32,112 bases of DNA, from the NCBI GenBank assembly GCA_031283405.1, contig JAITBX010000002.1:1-32112 (forward strand), written 5' to 3'. Numbering within the stretch: position 1 is the first letter of the stretch; each line of letters starts with the position of its first letter. The position numbers and the translations under genes are program-made. The notes under the pieces are model-generated. The model saw only the letters and a list, made by a program, of their open reading frames with translations, made no database searches and was not told the origin of the DNA. Below, piece after piece: positions 7,468 to 16,574 of this stretch. The DNA comes from Burkholderiales bacterium. Its GTDB lineage: Bacteria > Pseudomonadota > Gammaproteobacteria > Burkholderiales > Casimicrobiaceae.

Positions 7468-7548
7468 CCGTTCGGGCTGACCTTGAGCAAAATCGAAAGG
7501 TCGAAGCCCTTTTCCGCCGTTCCCCTTCGACAAACTCAGGGCGAACGG
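7468..7548. repeat. 81-bp REP-like element in the znuA/znuC divergent intergenic region
   Basis: The ends CCGTTCGGGCTGA and TCAGGGCGAACGG form an imperfect inverted repeat. There is an internal GTCGAAG/CTTCGAC pairing. It translates to the FDKLRANG-like pseudo-peptide typical of such repeats. Confidence 0.55.
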
Positions 7549-7643
7549 GTTAGATCAGCGTTTCTCTGGCAACTACTACGAATCCAGCAGATACTATATC
7601 ATTCCATAATTGCTTTACACTTTCGTCGCCGCTATTTTTCATC

Positions 7644-8432
7644 ATGACCGCTCTTTCGCCCGCAACTCCCTCCGACACGCTGCTGCGCGCGCAAGCGATC
7701 ACGTTCCGGCGACAAGGATTGACAATCCTCGACGCAGTCGACCTGGCGTTGTCGCGCGAAGAAATCGTCACACTGATCGGCCCCAACGGCGCCGGCAAAT
7801 CAACCTTGCTGAAAATCGCGTTGGGCTTGCAGAAACCCGACACCGGCGAAGTCTGGCGCGCCCCCGACATTCGCATCGGTTACGTGCCGCAAAAACTCAA
7901 CATCAATCCGGCGATGCCGTTGACGGTGCGCCGTTTCATCACATTGAGCGCCGCCGCTTCAACGCGCGAAGTCGAAAGCGTACTGGCCGCCACCGGCGTA
8001 TCGTTCCTGATCGACGCCTCGGTGCATACGCTTTCCGGTGGCGAATGGCAGCGCGTTCTGTTGTCGCGGGCGTTGTTGCACAAACCGGCGCTGCTGTTTC
8101 TCGACGAACCGGCGCAAGGGCTCGACGTTTCCGGGCAGAATGCAATCTATGCGCTGATTCGCCGCATCCGCGATACCACCGGTTGCGGTATTTTGCTGGC
8201 GTCGCACGATTTGCATCTGGTGATGGCGTCGTCCAACCGCGTGCTCTGTTTGAACCATCACGTCTGCTGCACCGGCCACCCCGAAGAAATCCGTCACGAC
8301 CCGGCTTACCAATCGCTCTTCGGCGGCATCAACCTTCAACAACTGGCGTTCTACCAACACCATCACGATCACGAACATCCGTTGTGCGAACACGAGCACC
8401 ACCATTCTCCATCGCGGAGTGCGCATCCATGA
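7644..8432 (+). CDS. znuC: Zinc ABC transporter ATP-binding protein
   Basis: Walker A GPNGAGKST, signature LSGGEWQR, Walker B LLFLDEP, and a His-rich C-terminal tail HHHDHEHPLCEHEHHH. Confidence 0.9.
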   Translation: MTALSPATPSDTLLRAQAITFRRQGLTILDAVDLALSREEIVTLIGPNGAGKSTLLKIALGLQKPDTGEVWRAPDIRIGYVPQKLNINPAMPLTVRRFITLSAAASTREVESVLAATGVSFLIDASVHTLSGGEWQRVLLSRALLHKPALLFLDEPAQGLDVSGQNAIYALIRRIRDTTGCGILLASHDLHLVMASSNRVLCLNHHVCCTGHPEEIRHDPAYQSLFGGINLQQLAFYQHHHDHEHPLCEHEHHHSPSRSAHP

Positions 8433-9235
8433 ACCTGATCGAAACATTGCAAACGCCGTTCGTCTGGCACGCGTTGCTCGGCGGACTGGCGATTGCGCTC
8501 GTGACCGGTCCGCTCGGCGTGTTCATCGTCTGGCGGCGAATGGCGTACTTCGGCGACACACTCGCGCATTCGGGGCTGCTCGGCGTTTGCGTCGGTTTTT
8601 TGCTCGGTCTGTCGCCGACGCTGGGAGTGCTTATCGTTTGTCTGGCGCTCGCAGCGCTGCTCGCTTTTCTGCAATCGCGCGAACGTCTCGCCGCCGACAC
8701 CCTGCTCGGCCTGCTCGCCCACACAGCGTTGGCGCTCGGGCTGGTGGCGTTGACTTTTCTCGAAACCCTTCGCTTCGATCTCGCAGCGTTCTTATTCGGC
8801 GATCTGCTGGCCATCGACAACCTCGATCTCCTGTGGGTATGGGGCGGAGGCGGCATCGCGCTGGTTGTGCTGATCGCAATCTGGAAACCGTTGCTCGCCG
8901 CCACCGTCGATGAAGCGTTGGCGCGCGCCGAAGGCGTGCCGACCGCGCGCATTCAAACGATATTCACACTGCTCGTGGCCACCGTCATTGCCTGCACGAT
9001 AAAAATCGTCGGCGTATTGCTGATCACCGCGTTGCTCATCATCCCCGCCGCCGCCGCCCAACGGCTGGCGCGTTCGCCCGAACAAATGGCGGTACGGGCC
9101 AGCGTTATCGGCATCGTCGCGCTCTTCGGCGGCATGGCTGCATCGCTCATCCTCGACACACCCGCCGCCGCTTCGGTCGTCACCTGCGCAACACTGCTCT
9201 TCGCGTTGAGCCGGATCATCCCCACGCGCCGCTGA
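8429..9235 (+). CDS. znuB: Zinc ABC transporter permease
   Basis: Internal ATG at 8429 of ORF 7610..9235 overlaps the znuC stop (ATGA). The N-terminus is MNLIETLQTPFVWHALLGGLAIALVTGPLGVFIVWRRMAYFGDTLAHS. The protein is polytopic. Confidence 0.9.
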   Translation: MNLIETLQTPFVWHALLGGLAIALVTGPLGVFIVWRRMAYFGDTLAHSGLLGVCVGFLLGLSPTLGVLIVCLALAALLAFLQSRERLAADTLLGLLAHTALALGLVALTFLETLRFDLAAFLFGDLLAIDNLDLLWVWGGGGIALVVLIAIWKPLLAATVDEALARAEGVPTARIQTIFTLLVATVIACTIKIVGVLLITALLIIPAAAAQRLARSPEQMAVRASVIGIVALFGGMAASLILDTPAAASVVTCATLLFALSRIIPTRR

Positions 9236-9249
9236 TGGCTGCTGCGCCA

Positions 9250-10656
9250 ATGCCCGCTTCCTGGTTCATCCTCTGCCGCGTCGTCGATCATTATGGCGAC
9301 GCCGGTGTGTGTTGGCGACTCGCTCGACAACTGGCGAATGAATACGATCTCGATATCACGCTGTTCATCGACGACCTCAATACCTTGCAACGTTTGATCC
9401 CGACGCTCGACACAACGCAAAACGAACAACGCATCAACAACGTTACCGTCCGGCGATTGACCGACACGCTACTTCCGCCCGTTTCTTGCGCTTCCTCTTG
9501 GGAAACGTTGATTAAACCAGCGAGCGAGATGAAGCGCGAGGCGCCAGAAGCGCAGCAACCGAGACCTATCAAGACGATAGGCGAGGTTGCGAACACCGCG
9601 CAACAAAGCGATTCGTTCGCGCAGCCCTTTAATCAGTGTTTCTCTTGGCCTGCCGTCATCGTCGATACCTTCGGCGGTGGCCTGCCCGCTTCGTGGTTGG
9701 CGGCGCTGAAGCGCGACTTCCCGCCGCTTGCTACCGAAAAAGAGAAAGAAGAAAAAGCAAGTCCGAAATTACCCGAAGCGCCGCGCTGGATCGTCCTCGA
9801 ATACCTGTCGGCGGAACCGTGGGTTGAAACCATGCACGGCCTCGCTTCACCGCCGCCGTCGATCAACCTGCCTCGCCACTTCTTTTTTCCCGGCTTTACC
9901 GAAGCTACCGGCGGCCTGCTGTACGAAAAAACGTTGCTCGACGAACGCGATGCTTTTTGTTCCCCCGAACATTTCCAAACCGCGCGCCGCGCTTTTCTCG
10001 AACGCCTCGGTATCAACACGTTGCCACCCAATGCATTGCTCGTCAGCCTCTTTTGCTACGACACTCCGGCGTTACCGGCGCTCCTCGATGCCTGGGCTGC
10101 GTCGCCGACGCCGGTCGTCTGCCTGATCCCGGAAACCGTCGCGCCGGAAACCGTGCAACGTTGGCAGCGTCTCCATAACGCCGAAGCTCTGGCGACGCGC
10201 AACATCGCAACGCGCGGCGCTTTGACCTTGCACACTATCCCGTTTCTTCCGCAAGCCGATTTCGACCGCCTTCTGTGGTGCTGCGATCTCAACTTTGTGC
10301 GCGGCGAAGATTCCTTCGTGCGTGCGCAATGGGCAGCTCGCCCCTTTGTCTGGCAAGCGTATCAACAAAACGAACAAACGCACCTGATCAAAGTCGATGC
10401 CTTCCTGAAACGTTACCTTGCTGCCGCGCCCGATAATCTGAAAACCGCTCTGTCCGATTTCACGCGCGCCTGGAACGACGAACAACAAACAAATCGGATC
10501 GTCGATACCTGGCGTCTCCTCACCGGGCAACTGCCGTCGCTTAAAAAACTCGCTCTCGATTGGGCACAACAACAATCAACACAAGACGATCTGGCTCGGC
10601 GATTGATTGCTTTTGCGCACCAGTCACGCGAACGTTTCTTTGTGAGGGAATCATAA
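9250..10656 (+). CDS. earP: EF-P arginine-32 rhamnosyltransferase, unusually long (468 aa)
   Basis: MPASWFILCRVVDHYGDAGVCWRLARQLANEYDLDITLFIDDL matches the conserved EarP (DUF2331) N-terminus. The partner efp carries the KSGRNAS loop. The start was moved to the ATG at 9250 to match the family N-terminus. Confidence 0.8.
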   Translation: MPASWFILCRVVDHYGDAGVCWRLARQLANEYDLDITLFIDDLNTLQRLIPTLDTTQNEQRINNVTVRRLTDTLLPPVSCASSWETLIKPASEMKREAPEAQQPRPIKTIGEVANTAQQSDSFAQPFNQCFSWPAVIVDTFGGGLPASWLAALKRDFPPLATEKEKEEKASPKLPEAPRWIVLEYLSAEPWVETMHGLASPPPSINLPRHFFFPGFTEATGGLLYEKTLLDERDAFCSPEHFQTARRAFLERLGINTLPPNALLVSLFCYDTPALPALLDAWAASPTPVVCLIPETVAPETVQRWQRLHNAEALATRNIATRGALTLHTIPFLPQADFDRLLWCCDLNFVRGEDSFVRAQWAARPFVWQAYQQNEQTHLIKVDAFLKRYLAAAPDNLKTALSDFTRAWNDEQQTNRIVDTWRLLTGQLPSLKKLALDWAQQQSTQDDLARRLIAFAHQSRERFFVRES

Positions 10657-10693
10657 AGGAGCGACGGCAGCGGCTCAGTTTGGAATGGCGGAA

Positions 10694-12255
10694 TCAAAGC
10701 AGGGAAATTTGTGTCCCTTCATCACCAACGCCCTCAGCAGACTTGACAGCATCGCTTCGCCCCATCGGCAAGTTAATCCTCGCGCCGTCCAAAATCTCGG
10801 CAACAGTAACGATCTGGATACGACCATACGGTCTTTGAAGAAAATTCGGGTGAATATATTTCCCGGCCGCGAACGCCTCATCGTGCATAGGCTTGGTCGG
10901 CCTGGTCATTGTAATCAGAAAGCCAATCTCCGCCCCTTCCCGCTGGCGATCACTATTGAGCGTCGCAACATCCCGTCTGTTGGCTCTGCCGGATTTCACT
11001 TGAAATACCGCTTTCCCGTTAGCGTCCTTATCCGTCATGAAGTAAGCAACGCCGTCTATACCACCGTCCGCTCCCTTCTTTTCGTTGATCCGCGCCTGAT
11101 TGTCAGAATAGGTTAGGACAGCCCACTTCTCGAACTCCTTGCGGGTTTTATCATCCCTGCGATTGGCAAGCGCAACAGCAGATTCCATGTCTCGCGGCGC
11201 ACCGTCAAGCAGCATGTTTGCTTCTATATCTTTCCATTCTTTCGGGTAGTTGTCCTTGAGCCGCTTAAGAATAAGCGCAATGCTTTGGTACGTGATGTCG
11301 ATGCCAATCCAGTTACGCCCAAGGCGTTGTGCTACGGCAACCGTGGTTCCGCATCCGCAGTAGGCATCAAGGATGACATCCCCCTTGTTGCTGCTTGCCT
11401 CAATAATGCGTTCAAGCAGAGCCTCGGGTTTCTGGGTGGGATAACCAAGTCGTTCTTTTGCTGATGGTGCAATAAATGGAATTTGCCACACATCATTATC
11501 TCGAACACCTTTTTCATCAATGGACTTATCGCTGACCAATACAGGTTCTTCTGCCTCCTTGAAACGATGAAGAACCCCTTGCATTTTCCGATCCACAGAA
11601 CCCGATGTGTAATCTATGTATTGGGGATTAAATGTATAATTACTACTTTTTACGTAGAAAAAAATGGTGTCATGCAGTTGCTAAAATTTTTTTGCTTTGC
11701 CTGTCCAGCGACGATAATGCCAGATAATTTCATTTATAAAACTGCCCCCATTCTCGTCAGCACAAAACACACTATCCAATACCAATTTCAGGTAATGGCT
11801 AGCTGTAGGATCACAATGAAGATAAAAACTGCCAGTAGGCTTTAGTACGCGATGAATTTCCACAATGCGTAGAGTCATGTGAATCAGGTACGCTAGTAGC
11901 GACCCTTCACCTAATACGTTTCGCAGTCCTTTGATTAGCTCTACAGTTTGAACCGTAAGCTTGCCGCTGTTCAGGTGATGAACATCCGTGATGTATTCAT
12001 AGCCTTTGACAGCTTCGTCACCCCACTCCCATGTGTCTACAAAGGCTTGGGCTTGTGCGCGATCTTCGCTTCCCTGGTTATTGTAAATTTGGAAGTAATT
12101 GCGTTTTGAGTTGAATGGCGGGTCTATGTAGCAGAGATTAACGCTTTCTGCCGCGATTTTGTTGCGAAAATATCTAGGGAATCACCGTAATAAAGCCGAT
12201 TTCGTGTTATATTGTTGAGTTGCCCGTTGCCCGTGCTTTCATGGCGCGCTTTCAA
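10694..12255 (-). pseudogene. Beta-class N6A/N4C DNA methyltransferase fused to a C-terminal Mrr-like (PD-(D/E)xK) endonuclease domain, inactivated
   Basis: The hand translation reads (TTG 12255) ...NRLYYGDSLDIF, then a 1-nt frameshift at the T-run near 12165-12172, then RNKIAAESVNLCYIDPPFNSK (motif IV) ...WHYRRWTGKAKKF. An in-frame TAG at 11681-11683 follows, then QLHDTIFFYVKSS...YPTQKPEALLERII...LDAYCGCGTT (motif I) ...GADGGIDGVAYF...FQVKSG. The segment is AT-richer than its neighbours. Confidence 0.75.
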
Positions 12256-12376
12256 TAACTAAAATAACGGCAAAGATTGTACTCCTGATTTCACTCTCTT
12301 CCTCGTCCGCTCCCGAACAACCTCTGTTCAGGCCACAGAAATTTTAAGCCTAAGCGCTACCGACAAGCCGGAATGA

Positions 12377-12405
12377 TTGCCAAAACCGCCGTTTTAAGTT
12401 ATAAT
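12377..12405 (+). promoter_or_regulatory. Sigma70-type promoter for efp (TTGCCA-N17-TATAAT)
   Basis: -35 TTGCCA at 12377-12382, a 17-nt spacer, and -10 TATAAT at 12400-12405. It lies about 150 nt upstream of the efp ATG. Confidence 0.55.
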
Positions 12406-12559
12406 ATGAAGTTATGCAAGGCGCCCTATCTTGCGGTCTTCGGTCTTTTCCGCACCTTCGGCGTCGGCGTTCTCTTTTCAATCAACTCACGCCGCCGGCT
12501 CCAACACTCTGGCGACGATTTGGTCGCCTGACATCAGGCAAGGAATATTGGTTATGGTA

Positions 12560-13114
12560 ATGAAAATCGCACAGGAGCTGCGCTCCGGCAATGTGGTGAT
12601 GATCGGCAAGGACCCGATGGTGGTGCAGAAAGCCGAGTTCAGCAAATCGGGACGCAATGCGTCGGTCGTCAAGATGAAACTCAAGAACCTCCTCGGCAGC
12701 GGCGGCACGGAAACCGTTTACCGCGCCGACGAAAAATTCGACGCCATTCAGCTCGACAAGAAGGAAGCGACGTACTCGTACTTCGCCGATCCAATGTATG
12801 TGTTCATGGACGCCGAATTCAATCAGTACGAAGTCGAAGGCGAAAGCATGGGCGACGCCGTGCCTTATCTCGAAGACGGTCTGCAATGCGCGCTGACTTT
12901 CTACGAAGGTCGCGCTATTTCGGTCGAATTGCCGACATCGGTGGTGCGCGAAGTGATGTACACCGAACCCGCTGTGCGCGGCGATACGTCGGGTAAGGTG
13001 ATGAAGCCCGCCAAGATCGCCAGCGGTTTAGAAGTGCCCGTTCCGTTGTTCGTTGAAACCGGCGACAAAATCGAGATCGATACGCGCACCGGCGAATACC
13101 GCCGCCGCGTGTAA
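12560..13114 (+). CDS. efp: Translation elongation factor P (EarP/Arg32 type)
   Basis: [45 protein letters not shown] places Arg at position 32. The C-terminus is [14 protein letters not shown]. It is near-collinear with Pseudomonas-type EF-P. Confidence 0.92.
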   Translation: MKIAQELRSGNVVMIGKDPMVVQKAEFSKSGRNASVVKMKLKNLLGSGGTETVYRADEKFDAIQLDKKEATYSYFADPMYVFMDAEFNQYEVEGESMGDAVPYLEDGLQCALTFYEGRAISVELPTSVVREVMYTEPAVRGDTSGKVMKPAKIASGLEVPVPLFVETGDKIEIDTRTGEYRRRV

Positions 13115-13155
13115 GCGGTTGTTGCCGGTCATTCACTGTCTGTTTTCGTTCGTTA

Positions 13156-14541
13156 ATGGCCAGCCCGAAAAAAACGTTGCGTTTGCCGTCCGGCAAACGC
13201 TCGGTTCGTTCCGAAACGGCGGCGATGCCAAAGCCGCCGCGTTCGCACAAGCCCTGGAGCCAAGCGTTGGCGAAGAAACGCTCGCCGCGTATTGTTGCCG
13301 AGACGACGAGTGCCAAAGATTCGCCGCCGCGCTCCCGCGCTTTCTCCGATTCGTCTTATACCGAAAAGCGCGCCGAAGAACGCAAGAGCGTTGCGTCTCC
13401 GGACCGGCGCGCGCCGCCGCGTTGGCGCTCTTCGGGGAAAGACAATTCGCCGGAGTTCCGCGCATCCCAGCAGCGGCGAAGCAGCGGCGGCGAACGTTTC
13501 GGCACGGATTCGCGTAACACTACTTCGCGCGACACGACTTTTCGTGACGCAACCTCGCGCGGCGCTTCTTCGCGCAGATCGTCGGGCGTTCTTCGTGAAG
13601 AGCGCCCGATCAAAAATACGCCGCGTGATGAAAAAACATGGCGTGGCCGTTCGGAAAGCGATCGATCGGAAAACAACCGATTGGAAAACCGCCCGCGCTA
13701 CGAAGGAAAAGTTTCGCGACACCGAGAGGATGTAAAAACAGAGAACACCGGCGTCGGAAGAGCTAAAACGTTTACGAAAAAAACTTCTTCATCGTCGCCT
13801 CCGGAAGGCGTGCGCGTTTCCAAATTGCTGGCCAGCCGTGGTCTTTGTTCGCGCCGCGAAGCCGATGAATATATCGAGCGCGGCTGGGTGCGCGTCAACG
13901 GTCAACGTGTCGCGCTCGGTGCGCGCGCGCAGCCCGACGACGACATCACGTTGTTGCCGCAGGCAAAAAAACAGCAGGCGCACCGCGTCACGATTTTGTT
14001 GCACAAACCGATCGGTTATGTTTCGGGGCAACCGGAACCGGGCTACAAGCCTGCCATCACGCTGATCACGCCGGAAAATCAATGGCAACAAGAAGGCGAT
14101 CCGTCTTTCAGCGCCTTGCATCTGCGCCATCTTGTACCGGCGGGGCGGCTCGACATTGATTCGACCGGACTTTTGATCCTGACTCAGGATGGTCGCGTGG
14201 CGCGCAACCTGATCGGCGAAACATCGTCGATCGACAAAGAATATCTGGTGCGCGTCGAAGGCGCTTTGAGCGACGCAAATCTGGCGCTGCTTCGTCACGG
14301 ATTGAGTCTCGATGGCGAAGCGCTGAAACCGGCGCGGGTGGAATGGATCAACGACGATCAGTTGCGCTTCGTTTTGCGCGAAGGGAAAAAACGCCAGATT
14401 CGTCGCATGTGCGAAGCGGTCGGCCTGACGGTCACCGGCCTCAAGCGAGTACGGATTGGTCAGGTGCGTTTGGGCGATCTGCCGCTCGGCCAATGGCGCT
14501 ATTTACGCGACGGCGAGTCGTTCGACAGCTTTGAGCGTTAG
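13156..14541 (+). CDS. RsuA/RluB/RluF-family pseudouridine synthase (RluF-like) with a roughly 215 aa Arg/Ser-rich N-terminal extension
   Basis: S4 domain [31 protein letters not shown]. Catalytic motif [16 protein letters not shown]. Also KEYLVRV and [14 protein letters not shown]. The N-terminal portion is low-complexity and basic, so the true start is uncertain. Confidence 0.75.
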   Translation: MASPKKTLRLPSGKRSVRSETAAMPKPPRSHKPWSQALAKKRSPRIVAETTSAKDSPPRSRAFSDSSYTEKRAEERKSVASPDRRAPPRWRSSGKDNSPEFRASQQRRSSGGERFGTDSRNTTSRDTTFRDATSRGASSRRSSGVLREERPIKNTPRDEKTWRGRSESDRSENNRLENRPRYEGKVSRHREDVKTENTGVGRAKTFTKKTSSSSPPEGVRVSKLLASRGLCSRREADEYIERGWVRVNGQRVALGARAQPDDDITLLPQAKKQQAHRVTILLHKPIGYVSGQPEPGYKPAITLITPENQWQQEGDPSFSALHLRHLVPAGRLDIDSTGLLILTQDGRVARNLIGETSSIDKEYLVRVEGALSDANLALLRHGLSLDGEALKPARVEWINDDQLRFVLREGKKRQIRRMCEAVGLTVTGLKRVRIGQVRLGDLPLGQWRYLRDGESFDSFER

Positions 14542-14722
14542 CGCAACGCCATCATTTTCATACCCCTCCTCCCGCTCTTCGCGAGAAAAAAAGATTAAAT
14601 AGTTTCGAGGATTGCTACGATCATCATCGCGCTTTGAACGCGATACCCGAAACATCATTTTCGTTTTAAGATGGCACTGATCTGCCCTTGTTTGAATCCT
14701 TCTCTTTGAAAGTTTTACTTTG

Positions 14723-16441
14723 ATGATGTCAACACCTTCTTCCTTCGCCGACTTGGGTTTATCGCCGGAATTGCTGGCAGCGCTGTCCGATCTCGGTTTT
14801 GAAACGCCCTCGCCGATTCAGTCGGCCTGTATTCCGCACTTTCTCGCCGGCAACGATCTGCTGGGCCAAGCACAAACCGGTACCGGCAAAACCGCCGCTT
14901 TCGCGTTGCCGATTCTGCAACGCATCGATATCAGAAAACGTCTGCCGCAAGCGTTGATTCTGGCGCCAACGCGCGAGCTTGCGATTCAGGTGGCCGAAGC
15001 TTGCCAGAGTTACGCCCGCCACCTGCCGGGATTTCACGTCGCGCCGATTTACGGTGGGCAAAACATGGGGCTGCAACTCAAGCAGTTGGGGCGCGGCGTT
15101 CACGTCGTTATCGGTACGCCGGGGCGGGTGATGGATCACATCGAGCGCAAAAGCCTCGACCTCTCGCATCTGACGACGCTGGTGCTCGACGAAGCCGATG
15201 AAATGTTGCGCATGGGTTTCATCGAAGACGTTGAATGGATTCTGCAACACGTTCCGGCAACGCGCCAGACAGCGCTGTTCTCGGCGACGATGCCAGAGCC
15301 GATTCGCCGCGTCGCGCAACGCTATCTGCGCGACCCGCAGGAAGTCCGAATCAAATCGACCACCGCCACCGTCACTGCGATTCGTCAGCGCTATTGGCAA
15401 GTCAGCGGCCTGCACAAGCTCGACGCCTTGACCCGCATTCTCGAAGTCGAAGACGATCTCGACGCCGCCATTATTTTCGTGCGCACCAAAACAGCAACGG
15501 TGGAACTTGCCGAAAAACTCGAAGCGCGCGGCTACGGCGCTTGCGCGTTGAACGGCGACATGAATCAAGTGTTGCGCGAACGCACCATCGACCAACTGAA
15601 AAACGGCGGCATCGACATCGTGGTTGCCACCGACGTTGCCGCGCGCGGCATCGACGTGCCGCGCATCAGCCACGTCATCAATTACGACATTCCCAACGAC
15701 ACCGAAGCCTACGTTCACCGGATCGGTCGCACCGGTCGCGCCGGCCGACAAGGCAACGCCATTCTGTTCGTCGCGCCGCGGGAAATTCGCACCCTGCGCG
15801 CCATCGAGCGCGCGACTCGTCAGCCGATCGAACCGCTGGTGTTGCCGTCGAAGCAAGCCGTTGCCGACCGCCGCGTCGCGCAATTCAAAGAGCAGATCAT
15901 GCAAGTGATCGAAAGCGAAGAACTCGATTTCTTTGCCGAAGTCGTCGATGAACTCGCGGAAGAATCCGCCGACACCGATGTCCGCGAAATTGCCGCTGCG
16001 CTCGCCTATCTCGTTCAACAAGAACGACCGCTGCGCGCCGACGGCTTGAGCGATGCTTTGCCGCGTGAGAACAAAAATTCACGCAGCCGCGATGATGAAC
16101 GCAGCTACCGCGACGACCAACGCGGCGCGCCTCTGCAACCTTATCGCGCCGACGCCGGTCGCGCACACGGCGTCACCCCCGGCGACATCGTCGGCGCGCT
16201 GACCAACGAAGCCGGTTTGAGTAATCGTTCCATTGGTCGAATCACCCTTTTCGACGATTACAGCATCGTTGAACTGCCGAATGATCTGTCAAAAGAAACA
16301 CTCAACGCGCTGAGCTTTCTCCGTGTGCGGCAACGCCCGCTGAAACTAGCGCCGATGCGAAACGAGCGTCAAGGCAAGCGCGAGCGTGACAACACCGGCG
16401 CCGGCAGCGAAACAAAGAAACCGCGAAAAGGGAAAACATAA
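14723..16441 (+). CDS. deaD: DEAD-box ATP-dependent RNA helicase, DeaD/CsdA-like, with C-terminal DbpA-type RNA-binding domain
   Basis: Q motif GFETPSPIQ, then AQTGTGKTAAF, DEAD, SAT and HRIGRTGRAG. The C-terminal domain shows GVTPGDIVGALTNEAG...ITLFDDYSIVELP. Confidence 0.85.
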   Translation: MMSTPSSFADLGLSPELLAALSDLGFETPSPIQSACIPHFLAGNDLLGQAQTGTGKTAAFALPILQRIDIRKRLPQALILAPTRELAIQVAEACQSYARHLPGFHVAPIYGGQNMGLQLKQLGRGVHVVIGTPGRVMDHIERKSLDLSHLTTLVLDEADEMLRMGFIEDVEWILQHVPATRQTALFSATMPEPIRRVAQRYLRDPQEVRIKSTTATVTAIRQRYWQVSGLHKLDALTRILEVEDDLDAAIIFVRTKTATVELAEKLEARGYGACALNGDMNQVLRERTIDQLKNGGIDIVVATDVAARGIDVPRISHVINYDIPNDTEAYVHRIGRTGRAGRQGNAILFVAPREIRTLRAIERATRQPIEPLVLPSKQAVADRRVAQFKEQIMQVIESEELDFFAEVVDELAEESADTDVREIAAALAYLVQQERPLRADGLSDALPRENKNSRSRDDERSYRDDQRGAPLQPYRADAGRAHGVTPGDIVGALTNEAGLSNRSIGRITLFDDYSIVELPNDLSKETLNALSFLRVRQRPLKLAPMRNERQGKRERDNTGAGSETKKPRKGKT

Positions 16442-16535
16442 GTTGTGGATGAGCGCAACAAACCCCGTCGACGTCGCCGATGTCGAAGTTGTCACAAGAG
16501 GGTGGGCACGTCGCTTCGCGCCTTTGCCCTCCTAC

Positions 16536-16574
16536 GACTCTGACTCTGACTCTGATTCCTATTCCTGATTCTTG
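16536..16574. repeat. Hexamer microsatellite (GACTCT)x3 followed by GATTCCT/ATTCCT/GATTCTT units
   Basis: Read directly. It overlaps the stop codon and last codons (..NKNQE) of the acyltransferase gene. Confidence 0.7.

Noticed and set aside
7549-7643. Zur operator call
   Set aside because: Only a weak GATA-N3-TATC pseudo-palindrome is present, with no convincing match to the Zur consensus I know. It is left as a question in the findings rather than annotated as a feature.
6352-7647. 431-aa ORF antisense to znuA that runs through the znu intergenic repeat
   Set aside because: Low-complexity Arg-rich translation. It overlaps znuA and the REP element, and there is no coding evidence.
7610-8428. 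N-terminal 273 codons of track ORF 7610..9235
   Set aside because: This part is out of frame over znuC and Arg/Pro-rich. ZnuB homology begins only at the internal ATG 8429, which overlaps the znuC stop.
12431-12559. N-terminal extension of efp (track ORF starts at 12431)
   Set aside because: The extension is Ser/Ala-rich and begins downstream of the predicted promoter's leader. Starting at ATG 12560 places the modified Arg exactly at position 32 and matches the EF-P family N-terminus.
14759-16021. 420-aa ORF antisense to the DEAD-box helicase
   Set aside because: An antisense GC-frame artefact with no motifs.
16536-16574. Possible CRISPR array or other spaced repeats
   Set aside because: The repeats here, and at 1801-1824 and 19183-19227, are contiguous micro- or minisatellites without spacers. 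Nowhere in the window is there a CRISPR-like repeat-spacer periodicity.
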